Positions 37,700-50,810 of a stretch of 64,000 bases of DNA are shown piece by piece (position 1 is the first letter of the stretch; each line of letters starts with the position of its first letter). Source of the stretch: Macrostomum hystrix (taxonomy: Eukaryota; Animalia; Platyhelminthes); assembly GCA_950097015.1 (NCBI GenBank), contig CATNEN010000001.1, positions 12,524,001-12,588,000 of the forward strand. Reading direction: 5' to 3'. The notes beneath the pieces are model-generated. The model was not told the DNA's origin. It saw only the letters and a list, made by a program, of their open reading frames with translations, and did no database searches. The position numbers and the translations under genes were made by a program.

Positions 37700-39053
37700 C
37701 TATTTCATTTCGCTCATCAGGCGATCAGCGTCCTCATCGGAGCCCTCCAGCAACTCAGTATGGGTCATGCGATGCAGCTGCAAAGAATGCCTCTTTGGCG
37801 CCGCATGTCTGACCAGCTGCGAGCCAGGTCTCTTATTGCTGACTGGCGAACTTGTGCTGACTTGCGGAGAGGTGATGTTCCTGTGGCGCAGTTGCGCAGG
37901 CAGGTGGATGACGGAGTCAGCAGATGTTGATGCAGTGGGCCGGTTAGTTGCAGGCAGGTGGATGAGGGAGGAAGTAGATGTTCCTGCAGAGAGACCGCTA
38001 GCTGCAGAGGCTGACTTCCGTCGATGCGGTCTGCCCTTTAGACGGTCGCTGCCTCGATGGATCATCTCGCAGAATCGGGTGCCGACGACAGTGGTGGTCA
38101 ATCTTCCGCCCTCTATCGCCATGCCGTACATGCGGAGGGCGACATCTAGATTAGAGTTAGGTAGAGTAGGAGGGATGTAGAGTGGTAGGTAGAGTGACAG
38201 GTAGAATGAGTGGGATGTGAGAATACCGGTGCCTGTATAGTAAGTAGTACGTACTACTACTTATATATATTATAAACTAATCAGATTCCTGAAAATGTCA
38301 TACCTTGAACATGTCGCAGAAGAATGGCCTTGAAGCCAAGGGCTGCGTCGGACAACGGCGTTTCGACTCCAGCCTCGATGTATTTTGCGCGTAGGCCTTC
38401 ACCGTTGTAATTCGCCTTTGCCTGCATCTCTGGGGTCAAACAGGTGTCCAAACACGCCCGCATGGTAATCTGCGACAGTCGCTAGTTTTTTGTTGGTTAG
38501 TTGGTGTTAGATTTTTATCTTTTAATGATTGTATAAACAATGTTGACCTTAAGTCGAGTACGTGATAAAAAGGACGTTACAACACTCACCAACTCGAAAG
38601 TCCACTCTGCAGGCGCGCCCTCCGCGTAGTGGACGTACTTCTCCCAAGAGTCGATGGGCCAGAACTGGAGCTGTTGTACTGGCTGCTGGTCCCTCGTACA
38701 GGAAAATGCTGGCTAGCATGCAAGTTCTGCTCACCTGGCGCTGGCTGAAGCTGCACCGCCTGTCGTTGCTGGGAGTGAAGCTGCTGCTGGAGTTCACGAT
38801 GACGACCCTCCAGGACACGCAGTTCGAGCAGCTCCACCTCCTGTTTGTTGAGTGTTGATCTGCTCTGAGCTGAGTGCTGTGGATAGACGTTAGGCCAGTT
38901 GGCGCTTGTTGCCAGTAGCAGGTAGGCCTCTATTCCGCAGCTCTGCCTTGAGTTGGCGCACGTTAAGACGCTGTGGGCTAGCGTCTTAAAACGAGCCGGC
39001 GCAGCCAGTAACCCCACACCCCCACCGCCTTCACAGTGCACGCACGCACGCAC
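37700..39053 (-). other. GC-rich, exon-like segments of an unidentified, possibly degenerate gene (coiled-coil plus weakly BEN-like stretch)
   Basis: Short ORFs with splice-like boundaries (LLELRVLEGRHRELQQQL; MRACLDTCLTPEMQAKANYNG); no clean phase-consistent model found. Confidence 0.3.
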
Positions 39054-39170
39054 AAAGCGCCACCCCCGGTGTGTCTAACACACCTTACTCAGAGAGTAAC
39101 GAACGCATTATACCCATGCTTCTAATACAGACGAAAACTAAACGTGAATTTATAATTTAGACAAGAAATT

Positions 39171-40050
39171 ATTGTTTTTCAACTTCTATTTCAAACTAAG
39201 TAACTTCAATTTCGCCCGGCGGCTCTCCGGCTGGTGTTAGTAACTTCAATTTCGTCCGCGAGACCAGCCTGTCCAAGTTCGAGTAAATCAATTTCACAAA
39301 AAGTAACTTCTATTTCGTCTTGCATTTTTTCATCCGGCTTCAAACATTAATATAGTTTGTACTGGGCCTGTACTTTCAATTTATTTTTTTTGACGTCTCA
39401 GACAAGACACTAAGTAGGAGACAAACAACAAAAAGAGCTCGTATTGTCGCTTCAATAAGATTGGAGCTTCAAGAGCGGCTGGATGTGAAAGTGTCGGCGC
39501 TATCCGATTAGCTGATTTATTGTGATTCTGTGCTATAGTGCCAAATTCACAGGGCCATAAATCTCTCGACACTCGAAAGAATATTATTACTCGTATAATT
39601 GCATCGCGGCGGAGTCGGTGGCGGCGTCGGCGAAGATCAAAGGCAAGGACAAAGTCCGTATTTCACAGAGCGGACGCAAACAGAAATCGCTGTGCTGTAG
39701 CGACGAAAAAGATGTTACTTTTTGTGTAATTGATTTACTCTAACTTGGACAGGCTGGTCTCGCGTGCGAAATTGAAGTTTCTAACGCCAGCCGGAGAGCC
39801 GGCGGGCGAAATTGAAGTTACGAACGCCAGCCGGAGAGCCGCCGGGCGAAATTGAAGTTACGAACGCCAGCCGGAGAGCCGCCGGGCGAAATTGAAGTTA
39901 CGAACGCCAGCCGGAGAGCCGCCGGGCGAAATTGAAGTTACGAACGCCAGCCGGAGAGCCGCCGGGCGAAATTGAAGTTACGAACGCCAGCCGGAGAGCC
40001 GCCGGGTGAAATTGAAGTTACTTATTTTGAAATAGAAGTTGAAAAACAAT
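39171..40050. mobile_element. Foldback-like non-autonomous element with long asymmetric inverted repeats
   Basis: 39171-39295 is the reverse complement of 39729-40050, except that a 40-bp subunit (gcgaaattgaagttacgaacgccagccggagagccgccgg) is single on the left and about 6x on the right. Confidence 0.8.
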
Positions 40051-40716
40051 AGCTTCTATATACGCCAATATCCGGTCTCGTGAAATGCTTACCAACTGAT
40101 TCCCAGAGTTCTAGAAATATTTCTCGGAGCAATATTATAATTCATATACTTCAGTGTACCACAATCTCTCCTGCAGATCCCTGAACCTTCAAGTCTTTGT
40201 ATAGCTATGTATACTATAAAAATCAAGTCGCGCGCAACGCAAGTAGCTTGCTTTTCCTCTACCCTGCATGCTGAGCCGATTCTGACGAAACCCATGCTGC
40301 TTATTAAATCGTGAAATATCTTAGCTATTGCTTGCCATTTGATGGACTAGTTTTTTGGAATAAAGATCTTATCTAAACGTTATTTATGAACTATTGTAAA
40401 GCTGTGTGCATTAGTTCTACGAGTATATACGAGCGTAGTATATCCGTATACGAGCGTATACTAGTTTTAATACCCACTGGTTGAGCCTTTCTATAATAGT
40501 GCCATAACACTCGTATTATAACGAAGCAAACAAAGAGCTAGATTTATTTGTTGAAATCGAAAAAAGAAACCCCGATAAGCTCTGAGAGGAAAACAGAAAG
40601 GCCCGGGCACAATTATCGATCGTGGCTGGGGTGCCACTTTACTACTGCGCTCGTACTAAATAGGCACAACTATTCTACCCTCATGCGCAGTCTATAGTTA
40701 TATTTCTTGGTCTGTG

Positions 40717-42795
40717 GTTCACTGATTCACGGATTCATTCAGTCACTGATTCACGGATTCATTCAGTCACTGATTCACGGATTCATTCAGTCACTGATTC
40801 ACGGATTCATTCAGTCACTGATTCACAAATTCATTCAGTCACTGATTCACGGATTCATTCAGTCACTGATTCACGGATTCATTCAGTCATTGATTCACAA
40901 ATTCATTCAGTCACTGATTCACTAATATATTCAGTCACTGATTCACAGATTCATTCAGTCACTGATTCACAGATTCATTCAGTCATTGATTCACAGATTC
41001 ATTCAGTCACTGATTCACAAATTCATTCAGTCACTGATTCACAGATTCATTCAGTCACTGATTCACTAATATATTCAGTCACTGATTCACAGATTCATTC
41101 AGTCACTGATTCACAGATTCATTCAGTCACTGATTCACAGATTCATTCAGTCACTGATTCACAGATTCATTCAGTCACTGATTCACAGATACATTCAGTC
41201 ACTGATTCACAGATTCATTCAGTCACTGATTCACAGATATATTCAGTCACTGATTCACTAATATATTCAGTCACTGATTCACGGATTCATTCAGTCACTG
41301 ATTCACAAATTCATTCAGTCACTGATTCACAAATTTATTCAGTCACTGATTCACAAATTCATTCAGTCACTGATTCACAGATACATTCAGTCACTGATTC
41401 ACTAATATATTCAGTCACTGATTCACAAATTCATTCAGTCACTGATTCACAGATTCATTCAGTCACTGATTCACAGATTCATTCAGATACTGATTCACGG
41501 ATTCATTCAGTCACTGATTCACAGATGCATTCAGTCACTGATTCACAAATTCATTCAGTCACTGATTCACGGATTCATTCAGTCACTGATTCACAGATTC
41601 ATTCAGTCACTGATTCACGGATTCATTCAGATACTGATTCACGGATTCATTCAGTCACTGATTCACAAATTCATTCAGTCACTGATTCACAGATTCATTC
41701 AGTCATTGATTCACAGATTCATTCAGTCACTGATTCACAAATTCATTCAGTCACTGATTCACAGATTCATTCAGTCACTGATTCACTAATTAATTTAGTC
41801 ACTGATTCACAGATTCATTCAGTCATTGATTCACAGATTCATTCAGTCATTGATTCACAGATTCATTCAGTCACTGATTCACAGATTCATTCAGTCACTG
41901 ATTCACAGATTCATGCAGTCACTGATTCACTAATATATTCAGTCACTGATTCACAGATTCATTCAGTCACTGATTCACGGATATATTCAGTCATTGATTC
42001 ACAGATTCATTCAGTCACTGATTCACAGATTCATTCAGACACTGATTCACGGATTCATTCAGTCACTGATTCACAGATTCATTCAGTCACTGATTCACAG
42101 ATTCATTCAGTCACCGATTCACGGATTCATTCAGTCACTGATTCACAGATTCATTCAGTCACTGATTCACGGATTCATTCAGTCACTGATTCACAGATTC
42201 ATTCAGTCACTGATTCACGGATTCATTCAGTCACTGATTCACGGATTCATTCAGTCACTGATTCACTAATATATTCAGTCACTGATTCACAAATTCATTC
42301 AGTCACTGATTCACAAATTCATTCAGTCACTGATTCACAGATTCATTCAGTCACTGATTCACAGATTCATTCAGTCACCGATTCACGGATTCATTCAGTC
42401 ACTGATTCACAGATTCATTCAGTCACTGATTCACGGATTCATTCAGTCACTGATTCACAGATTCATTCAGTCACTGATTCACGGATTCATTCAGTCACTG
42501 ATTCACGGATTCATTCAGTCACTGATTCACGGATTCATTCAGTCACTGATTCACGGATTCATTCAGTCACTGATTCACAGATTCATTCAGTCACTGATTC
42601 ACGGATTCATTCAGTCACTGATTCACGGATTCATTCAGTCACTGATTCACTAATATATTCAGTCACTGATTCACTAATATATTCAGTCACTGATTCACAG
42701 ATTCATTCAGTCACTGATTCACAGCTCCATTCAGTCACAGATTCACCAATTCATTGAGTCACTGATTCACTAATTAATTTAGTCACTGATTCATC
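40717..42795. repeat. 24-bp minisatellite (ttcattcagtcactgattcacaga), about 86 copies
   Basis: 8-aa periodic ORF (HSVTDSQI). Confidence 0.97.
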
Positions 42796-43436
42796 GAATG
42801 ATTAATATGGTAAAGGTAGAATGGGTGATTGGGTGAATGGTGACTGGGAGAACGAAATCCTCTCAGAGTTGTATTAAAATCATCATTATGAAGTGTAATC
42901 TTTTTTATATTTTTTAATGTCTACTTATCATTCTCCCTTCAGTAGTATGAAATGCTCATAATTATGCATGCGTCCTTTGAGGCCTGCATTTAGGGATAAA
43001 GCGAACTTCATCAATACACATTTTAAAGCATTTAAGAGATACATATGGGAATATGAACTTTAAATATTGATAACCGACGTAAAGAATACTCGTATATTTA
43101 GAATGGGCAAAAAAGTATTTAAAAATATTTGGTGCCGGCTTAAAACTGACCATAGGGGACTAAAAACAGACCCACATAAGTACAATGGTAATGGACTTTT
43201 TAATTGTAACAGCGAAGTAACAGCGATCTGGCAGTTTAGATGCTTTTAAACATAAAGTTTGCACTACCTACCCCAAAGCTACACCAGCCGAGATCGGACC
43301 CAGCAGCATCTAAAACTCGTCTATTCGACTATACTTTTTACACCGCGAAAAAATGAAAAAAAAATGAAAGAATTAAATTTCATTTTGACGTGAGTCTTAA
43401 ATAGACGAGTTGATTGACTCCAACCAAGTCAATTTC

Positions 43437-43665
43437 TAACCGCATGTGTTAGTTATAAACTTTGGCTTCCTTACTAGAACTCGGCCCTGATCTTCCAAGT
43501 TGGCTCCGGCCACCATTGAGCAGCCGAAGCCACTGCCAGACCGCAGCCTTTCTCCTTGCATCGCATCAGACACTCGGCGGCAGATCGTACATTGTTCTCA
43601 ACTAGAAGGCTGCTGCTAGTCCTCAAAAATAGCTGGTGCTGACGCAGCGTTGAAGTTTCCTGAGT
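43437..43665 (-). pseudogene. Internally deleted, inverted pseudogene of the PAN-like + glycine-rich family (copy 4)
   Basis: ETSTLR..SSSLL..ECLMRCKEKGC (start of PAN exon) fused out of frame to SGFGCSMVAGANLEDQGRVLV (C-terminus of copies 2 and 3). Confidence 0.7.
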
Positions 43666-43682
43666 CCTGGCTAGCAGCGTCT

Positions 43683-44030
43683 GTAAGAGCGGTCTAAAGC
43701 ATTTGCCTCTCGCACCAAGGTATTTGAGCTCGATTCCGCGGCGAGGCCACATTAACTTGGGGCGCAGCCGCGGTAAGAAAGCTTGTGGCTTTTCGTGCAA
43801 TTTAAGCAACTGAGGGCCAACCTCCAAGGCACAGTGAGAGTGTACACTGCCTGACGATGAGAAAGTCAGGGCAGATGTACACACCTGTGTGAGCGTGTGC
43901 CTGGTTTCGGTATCTGTGTGCGTGTGTGCTCAGGAGTCAGCGAAATGGGCAGAATTGCCTCCTCGCTGGCTGCGGGTCTAGTGTCAATAAAAATTTTCCA
44001 TTGCCCGCAGCCCTCCTGCGATTAATATTA
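43683..44030 (+). mobile_element. SINE family 1, near full-length copy
   Basis: agagcggtctaaagcatttgcctctcgcaccaagg..gagctcgattccgc head; 3' end cccgcagccctcctgc plus (att)n tail. Confidence 0.85.
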
Positions 44031-44346
44031 TTATTGGCGGCGTGAGTACATTAGTCGGTCAGTATATTATTATTGGCGGCGTGAGTACATTAGTCGGTCA
44101 GTATATTATTATTGGCGGTGTGAGTACATTAGTCGGTCAGTATATTATTATTGGCGGCGTGAGTACATTAGTCGGTCAGTATATTATTATTGGCGGCGTG
44201 AGTACATTAGTCGGTCAGTATATTATTATTGGCGGTGTGAGTACATTAGTCGGTCAGTATATTATTATTGGCGGCGTGAGTACATTAGTCGGTCAGTATA
44301 TTATTATTGGCGGTGTGAGTACATTAGTCGGTCAGTATATTATTAC
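44024..44346. repeat. 39-bp tandem repeat (tattattattggcggcgtgagtacattagtcggtcagta), 8 copies
   Basis: 13-aa periodic ORF; starts at the SINE tail. Confidence 0.93.
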
Positions 44347-45483
44347 TCACCGACTAATCGAAACAGCAGTACCGCAAAAACGGTTGATGGATGAATGGAA
44401 GATCGATGGATAGTTGTTGGTGTTTTAAGCTGGCGGCAAACTAGCTGTGGTGATTGACAAATATTTATTTTCAGAGGCCATGAAGCCAGGTATGTATCGG
44501 CTTTAGCGGGGACTGCATAACGAGTGTGATAACACTCCGAGTGTTTGTTTAGTGTCGACAAGTACTTGTCGGTAAACAGTCCAAAAAGCTTCATCTGAGA
44601 ATTCTGAGAATTAACTGACACGACTAATTGTGCTATCCTCAGCTGCTGAGTGTTTAAGCATCGCAAAATTAATTTAGAAAGCTTTCTGGGTTGCGAAAAA
44701 AAAATTATTCTGGAAACACATCAACTTTTGTTTGACTGTAAGCTTAAACATTTTCCAATGAACGAAAGCGATTTTCCTAACTACCTGCAATTTCATCTCA
44801 GACGCTTTTCCTTAATTGAATGTCACTGTCGGGATAACAATTAAGAATGGACTATATTTAATACTAAGTACTTTGTTTACCAGGCCGTAATTTATTTTAA
44901 CCATTTTGCTTTAAGTAAACAACCAAGCTTGTTTTTATTCGCGGTAATCGTTATAGTCGGTCTGTTGTTATGAATCTTTCTTTGTCCGGCACCACTAAGT
45001 AGATTTTTAACATCTAAAGGTAGGGGATCAATTTATATTTATTTATTAAATATATCTGAAACCACACTATATTATGTCGAGTTGCATTAGTAAAAGAAAT
45101 TAAGTTTCGTCGTCTACTTCCGTTTTTCCAATTTCAAAAAAATTTAAGGCTCGTTTACGTTATCTGCATCATTTGACTCGTTTTGGTTTGTATTTATTTT
45201 GCGTTCAATAAAATGGTCTACAAAATAATCTACAATCGTGTGTTCTAGTCTCATTTGATGACAGTATGAGCGAGACCTTACTGAAAACTACCAGCCTAAC
45301 TAACAATTCAGGCATGGACAGCTGTTGCTCTTAAGTATCCACTCGAAGGCGAAATCAAAGAGTTTTTCATACTCGATTGCGTTACATTTTAAAATGTTTC
45401 GTTTCGTAAAAAAATGTTTGACTTAGAACTACAAACATGCATTTTTTGACTTTCTCTGTAACTTCCACGCTTGTAGCCCTTAT

Positions 45484-46899
45484 TCAGTCGATGTTCTGTG
45501 ACGCCATTGACCTTTTTTCAGGACCAGAGGTAACTGGAGAATATTGTTGACCGCTAAACCGACGTTCTACTAAATAAATAACTAACCGTCCACCAAAAAT
45601 CTCAACTTCACAAAGGGTCAAGGCGCTGAACAGCCTACTAGCAATGCGCACCCGACTGCCGAAGCCCGAGCAGTTGACGGTCAAGACCGAGAAGCTCGAA
45701 CTCCTGTCAACTCTGGCGCACTCAGCATCGTCAATGAGTACGGTGAAGTTGTTCAACCGCTCTGTGCAGCAGTCCTGCCTGTTGTAGATTCGAACTGACG
45801 AGATTCTGGACACCTGGGCGATTTCCGCTTCCCACCACTTGTTTACGTTCAAAAGTTCGTCAGTGTGAGTGCAGGAATCTGAGTAGTATACTTGGTTTGT
45901 GTTGCCATCGATCGCATTGGTGCAATACGCGCCCAGTACGGTGCTACTCTGGTTGCATCCGACAATTGGAAGCTTTGCACTCAGATCTGAAAATAACAGG
46001 TAGTGGCCTCTTTGTAATAAGTCGACGCTCTAACCACAAGGAGGTTGTATCCTTGATTAAAAGTCATATTTCAGAATCAACTTGAAAAAATTGTGTCCTT
46101 CAGCAAAACACTTAACTCTGCATTGCTTCAGTTCACCCAGTTAAATGGGTACTAGCATCGTCTAGGGTTATTGAGGGTGGGCATGGCGTCCCCCCAGTAC
46201 GCAGTACGCAGTACCAGCCTTCGGATGCGCCGCGCAATAGCTGCGGCTGTGCTTTCGGCTGTACATCTGGCCCAATTAGGGCAGGTGCAATCATGACTAT
46301 GATTTAAAAAATGCGCTTAAAGTTTCTAAACTGCATAATACGTTTTTTTGGCTTAACTTGTAATATATACGAGCTACGTGCACTTAAAACAATTTTTACA
46401 TTAAATAACGACCTTGACGAACCCCAGTTTCTTCGACGAAATGCATCTGCCCATGAAATAAGATCTCATTGAAATATGTAAATTCCTTTGCCATTTTAGC
46501 GAGCTACGCGGTTTTAAGAACAATTTTCCAAGCTTTTTTTCTAGAAATGTAACGCGGAATCGACTAACCATTGAACTTCGCTCTGGCAGTGTAAACTTTC
46601 ACCAGCTCGTCACTGTCAATCCAGGACATCGACTGCATGAACATCGTCCAGTTGAACAGTCGACACTCGGCTGTCCTCATCATCCAGTAGAAGCCAAAGC
46701 AGATGTCCAACTGGCTTGAGCATTGCAGAGAGCACTGCAAGTCTGTGCCGAGGTTCAGCACAGACCGGTAGTGGGCAGGCATGGTCGAGCTGCTCGATTC
46801 GTTTAAGAAAAATTGAAGCTTCAATACGGAGCCAGTTTGGGTCTCGGTTACTGCGACATTAGCCGCAACAACTAGAACAGATAGCCAGACTAAATGCAT
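45484..46899 (-). CDS. Secreted PAN/Apple + F-type (fucolectin) lectin, copy A. Exons 46899-46569 and 45986-45484 (possible extra donor at 45586)
   Basis: Signal MHLVWLSVLVVAA; PAN CSLQCS..CFGFYW..ECRLF; FTLD AIDGN, SCTHT, WWEAEI, YNRQDCCTERL, LTLCEVEIF; phase-1 intron. Confidence 0.85.
46005..46240 (+). mobile_element. CORE-like SINE (family 2), degenerate, in lectin A intron
   Basis: tgtgtccttcagcaaaacacttaactctgcattgcttcagttcacccagttaaatgggtac; 3' part matches 31200-31290. Confidence 0.7.
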
Positions 46900-47504
46900 C
46901 CAGAATTGTATTATGTTCCTTACTTCTACTTCTATTACACTGTCAATTTATGGCTGGCTTAGACCTTGATAACTGAGCAGCTTGGGGCTGTTAATTTGAC
47001 AAAGTCTTGTGCCTGGAACTAACTAGCTCGTAGTGTGCTAAGCGCATCATTACTTGTCTCTGCAGCACTCCTTCTTTATTCTGCTCAAACAAAAAAAACT
47101 GTTAATGGCTTTCTCCAGGATGTAAGACAAACTTATTTACACTTCCATTTCCTGCTGTCTTCGTACTGAAGCCCTTTATCCACCAATGATTCCGTCAAAA
47201 AACTTTCTTCATTCATTTCCACGCGTCAGTCAAAAAAAAACGAGAAAAATATCCTAAACTGTTTTATGGGGTAGAGCATTAGCACAACTGCGTGAATTAT
47301 AAGCCTAAAATTTACATTGCAACGAGTTCGTTTTTAGATTTCCTTAAATATTGATTTGCTGGTTGAGAATAGCCCTTGTAAGACACAGGTTGCGATGTAC
47401 GAGTTTGAGATACAAATAACTTTTTTAAATTGCAAAAATTTGAATCTATTGGTTACAGATAATATATAGATATGTAGTGATTAACATGTAAACCTGGAGA
47501 ATGA

Positions 47505-47820
47505 GTGTCAGAGCGGTCTGACGCGTTTGCCTCTTGCATCAAGGTCCCTGAGCTCGATTCCGCGTCGAGGCCACATTCATTTTTGGCGCAGCCTCGGAGA
47601 GAAGGCTTGGGGGCTTGTCGTGCAATTTACGCCCTCGAGGGCCAACCTCAAAGGCACAGTGGGAGCGTACAATGCCCGAGGATGACAGATGTACACGCCT
47701 GTGTGAATGCGTGCCTGCGTACAGTATCTGTGTGCGTGTGTGCTCAGGAGTCAGCGAAATGGGCAGAATTGCCTCCTCGCTGGCTGCGGGTCTAGTGTCA
47801 CCAGAAAGCCCTCCTGCAGT
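47505..47820 (+). mobile_element. SINE family 1, near full-length copy
   Basis: gtcagagcggtctgacgcgtttgcctc..gagctcgattccgc head and conserved body. Confidence 0.85.
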
Positions 47821-48149
47821 TTACGTGTAAACCTGAGAAGGGCCGCTCTACTTTGCAAATATATTTATTAACAATATCTTTTCGCTATAATTTTTCCATG
47901 CATACTTACTACAACCAAGGTAGAAGGAAAATTTGTTTAAGGCTCTGTTATGCGCGGTGAAAGCGAAATAACTATTCGATCAATAATCGTTAGATGTTAC
48001 ATTTAGTATGTTCTCAAAAGTAGGTTCTGTCTCCTACATATTCCGTGGTGCATATAGCTTCCGGACAACTAAACGTTTTATTCCTGTACGTTTTTCGCGG
48101 AAGTAACGAAACCAAACTAGATATCGTAGAACGTAGCAGTGGGCAATTT

Positions 48150-49128
48150 TTAGAGAATCTTCAGCAATACTCCAAAAATCTCAACCTCACAAAGGGTCAA
48201 GGCGCTGAACAGCCGACTAGCAATGCGCACTCGACTGCCGAAGCCCGAGCAGTTGACGGTCAACACCGAGAAGCTCGAACTCCTGTCAACTCTGGCGCAC
48301 TCAGCATCGTCAACGAGTACGGTGAAGTTGTTCAACCGCTCCTCGCAGCAGTCCTGTCTGTTGTAGATTCGAACTGACGTGATTCTGGACACCTGGGCGA
48401 TTTCCGCTTCCCACCAGTCCATCCGCTGTCCGCCAGTGTGAGTGCAAGAGCCCGAGAAGAACGCTGGCGTTGTGTCTCCGTCAACAGCGAGGCGGCACGA
48501 TGCATTATAGAGGGTAGTGCTCTGCTGGCAGTTCACGATTGGCAGCTTTGTTGCATTACCTGCGCCTCGAGGTTATCGAATTCGTTGGAATCGAAAGTGT
48601 TAACCGTTTAAAATTTCTAAAGCTTAAAATATAATCTGTGAGGTTGCACATAATGTACTCAAACTTCTCAGGGTTTCTGAAAATGTGTGTCAGGACAGAA
48701 CCTCACATGGTCGTTTTGGCCCATGGCTAAACAAAATCTCTGATCTCTCCCGTGTCTCATCTCTCCCGTGTCTCATCTCTCCAGTTTTTCTACTTACTAG
48801 AGAACAAGATGACATAGATGAGCTGAGCATTGGCGCTTGCTAGCCAGGCCTTGACATTAAAGTAAGCAGTTGCATTGAACAGTTGACAGACAGCCGCCCT
48901 CTGCACCCAGTAGAAACCGAAGCACATTGTAGACTTGGTTCCGCATTGTAGCGAGCAGTGCAGCTCGCTGCCAATGTCTGGTAGAGACAGGAAATGAGCT
49001 GGCGCTATGGACTCATTATATTTCTCTACAGAAAATATTCGCTTGTTGCTTGTGCTATCTTGCTCAGTAGCAGCTGCTGTCCCTGATATAACCAGGTGTA
49101 GGCAGACCGCATGTATCAAAGTCAGCAT
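48150..49128 (-). CDS. Secreted PAN/Apple + F-type lectin, copy B. Exons 49128-48798 and 48559-48150
   Basis: Signal MLTLIHAVCLHLVISG; PAN CSLQCG..CFGFYW..VCQLF; FTLD AVDG, SCTHT, YNRQDCCEERL, LTLCEVEIF; phase-1 intron. Confidence 0.85.
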
Positions 49129-49444
49129 AGTGTCGATTAAACTTCTTTGTCTTTATGTTTCATAGGGACAAGTTTAGAAATTACTAATTTTATGTTAAAG
49201 CTGATGGCAAGTTTATAATTAAACTCCGAAGCTTTTAACGAACAGCAATTGTAAACTATTCAAACAAAGAGTTTTCTGTAGTTTTCTATTTTATTCAGCT
49301 TTTCCATTACGCCCATTAATTGACTCATACTTGCCTTTGGAGCAAACATTTAAGTGTGGAATGAACTCATCAGTTAATTTACTTTCCGGAATCATAAATT
49401 GAAGCAAATTTTGTGAAAAAAGTGTTAGAATAATTTTTTAATGG

Positions 49445-49652
49445 CAGTTATGCCCATTCCGGTCCTGAGCACACACTTACACAGTGTGAGTACATCTGCC
49501 TGAGTTTCTCATCGTCAGTCTCACTGTGCCTTGGAGGTTAGCACTAAATAGAGTAAATTGCACGACAAGCCCCTAAAGTCCGTGGCCTCGCCGTAGAATC
49601 GAACTCAGGCACCTTTGGTGCGAGATGCAAACGCGTTAACCAACTCTGCCAC
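49445..49652 (-). mobile_element. SINE family 1, deleted copy
   Basis: tgcccattcc..tcctgagcacac..ctcactgtgccttggagg..gcaaacgcgttaacc..ctctgccac. Confidence 0.75.
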
Positions 49653-49986
49653 TAAAACCCGCCCAGATGCAAATCGGTGCAATTTCTGTAAGAAGTACTA
49701 TATAGACTACTGAAAAAGTAGAAAAGGAAAGACTATACTGTTAAAAATGTAAAGTAATAAAAGACTTACAAAGGCGGAGTAAAGCAGAGTGAACTTCGCA
49801 CAGACTAGAATAAACCAACATGCAACCAACCAAAATTTTGTTTTTCAGTTCGACACCCATTGGAGACAAAGGACTCAGAACTCGAGCAAGCTGTGTCACT
49901 TCTATTATCCATTCATTGAAACAATATTATTCAGCCGAAAAATATGAACAAGAAATCTGCAATCCATCATCACTCATTCACCAGTC

Positions 49987-50810
49987 TCAGCTGTTGCCAG
50001 GCAAGATCAGAGACCCACCGAACAACTCAACCTCGCACAGACTAAACAGTTCGCCAGTTTGAATCACAATCCTGACTCGGCTGCCGAAGCCGAAGCAGGC
50101 GAGCTGCAGGATCGAGAAACTCGCAGTTGAGTCGTGTCTGGCGCACTCTACTCCGTCCACTAGCACAATGAACTTGTTGAGTCTCTCTGGGCAGCAGTCA
50201 GCTCTGTTGTAGATGCGGATTGAAGATACGTACACTGCTTTAGTCAGCTCAGCCTGCCACCATTGTTCTGTGCCGATGTGCGTGTGCGTGCAGGAACCAA
50301 CAAAGAAATGCTGATCCCTGTTACCATCGAAGGCCCGGCTGCAGACACCATCCGCATATGTCGAAACTTGACTGCATCCGCTGATTGTAAGCGCAGATTC
50401 TGGAACGCCTTTAAATAGATTTTTGATATGCTTTTAATTTAACTCTCACAAATATATGTCACAATCATCATACCCATATAAGTATTAACGTAGATGTTTC
50501 TCGGCTCTTGAGTAGCCACCCAGTAGGCCTTTCTCAGGAATGCAGTTGCGTTGAACAGCCGGCAGCTGGCTTCTCTCGCCAGGCTGTAGAACCCGAAGCA
50601 AGGCCAGCTAGCCTGAGCTCGGCACAGCATTGAGCACAGAAGCTCATTGCCCGTCATTGGAACCGATGAGAAATGGGCTGGAACGAACCAGCTGGAAGAA
50701 TTGGTCAAGCTGAAGACGCGATGATTGGTACAGGTGCCGCAGGCGGAAATCTCAACGGCCAGAAGAATTACTAGTAGCCTCTTAAACCACTTCATCAGCG
50801 AGATTTGCAT
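49987..50810 (-). CDS. Secreted PAN/Apple + F-type lectin, copy C. Exons 50810-50474 and 50408-49987
   Basis: Signal RLLVILLAVEISA; PAN CSMLCR..CFGFY..SCRLF; FTLD AFDGN, SCTHT, WWQAEL, YNRADCCPERL, FSLCEVELF; 65-nt phase-1 intron. Confidence 0.85.

Noticed and set aside
41525-42757. 410-aa HSVTDSQI ORF
   Set aside because: 24-bp satellite with no unique N- or C-terminus or splice context
43848-43875. ctgacga..gaaa hammerhead-like core in SINE family 1
   Set aside because: No stem II or stem III; the bases form a simple hairpin
43957-43970. gcctcctcgctggc in SINE family 1 matches the P3-L3-P3 segment of the HDV genomic ribozyme
   Set aside because: No convincing P1, P1.1 (GG) or P2 partners were found, and the segment pairs better in an ordinary hairpin; a descriptor search (RNArobo/Infernal) would settle it
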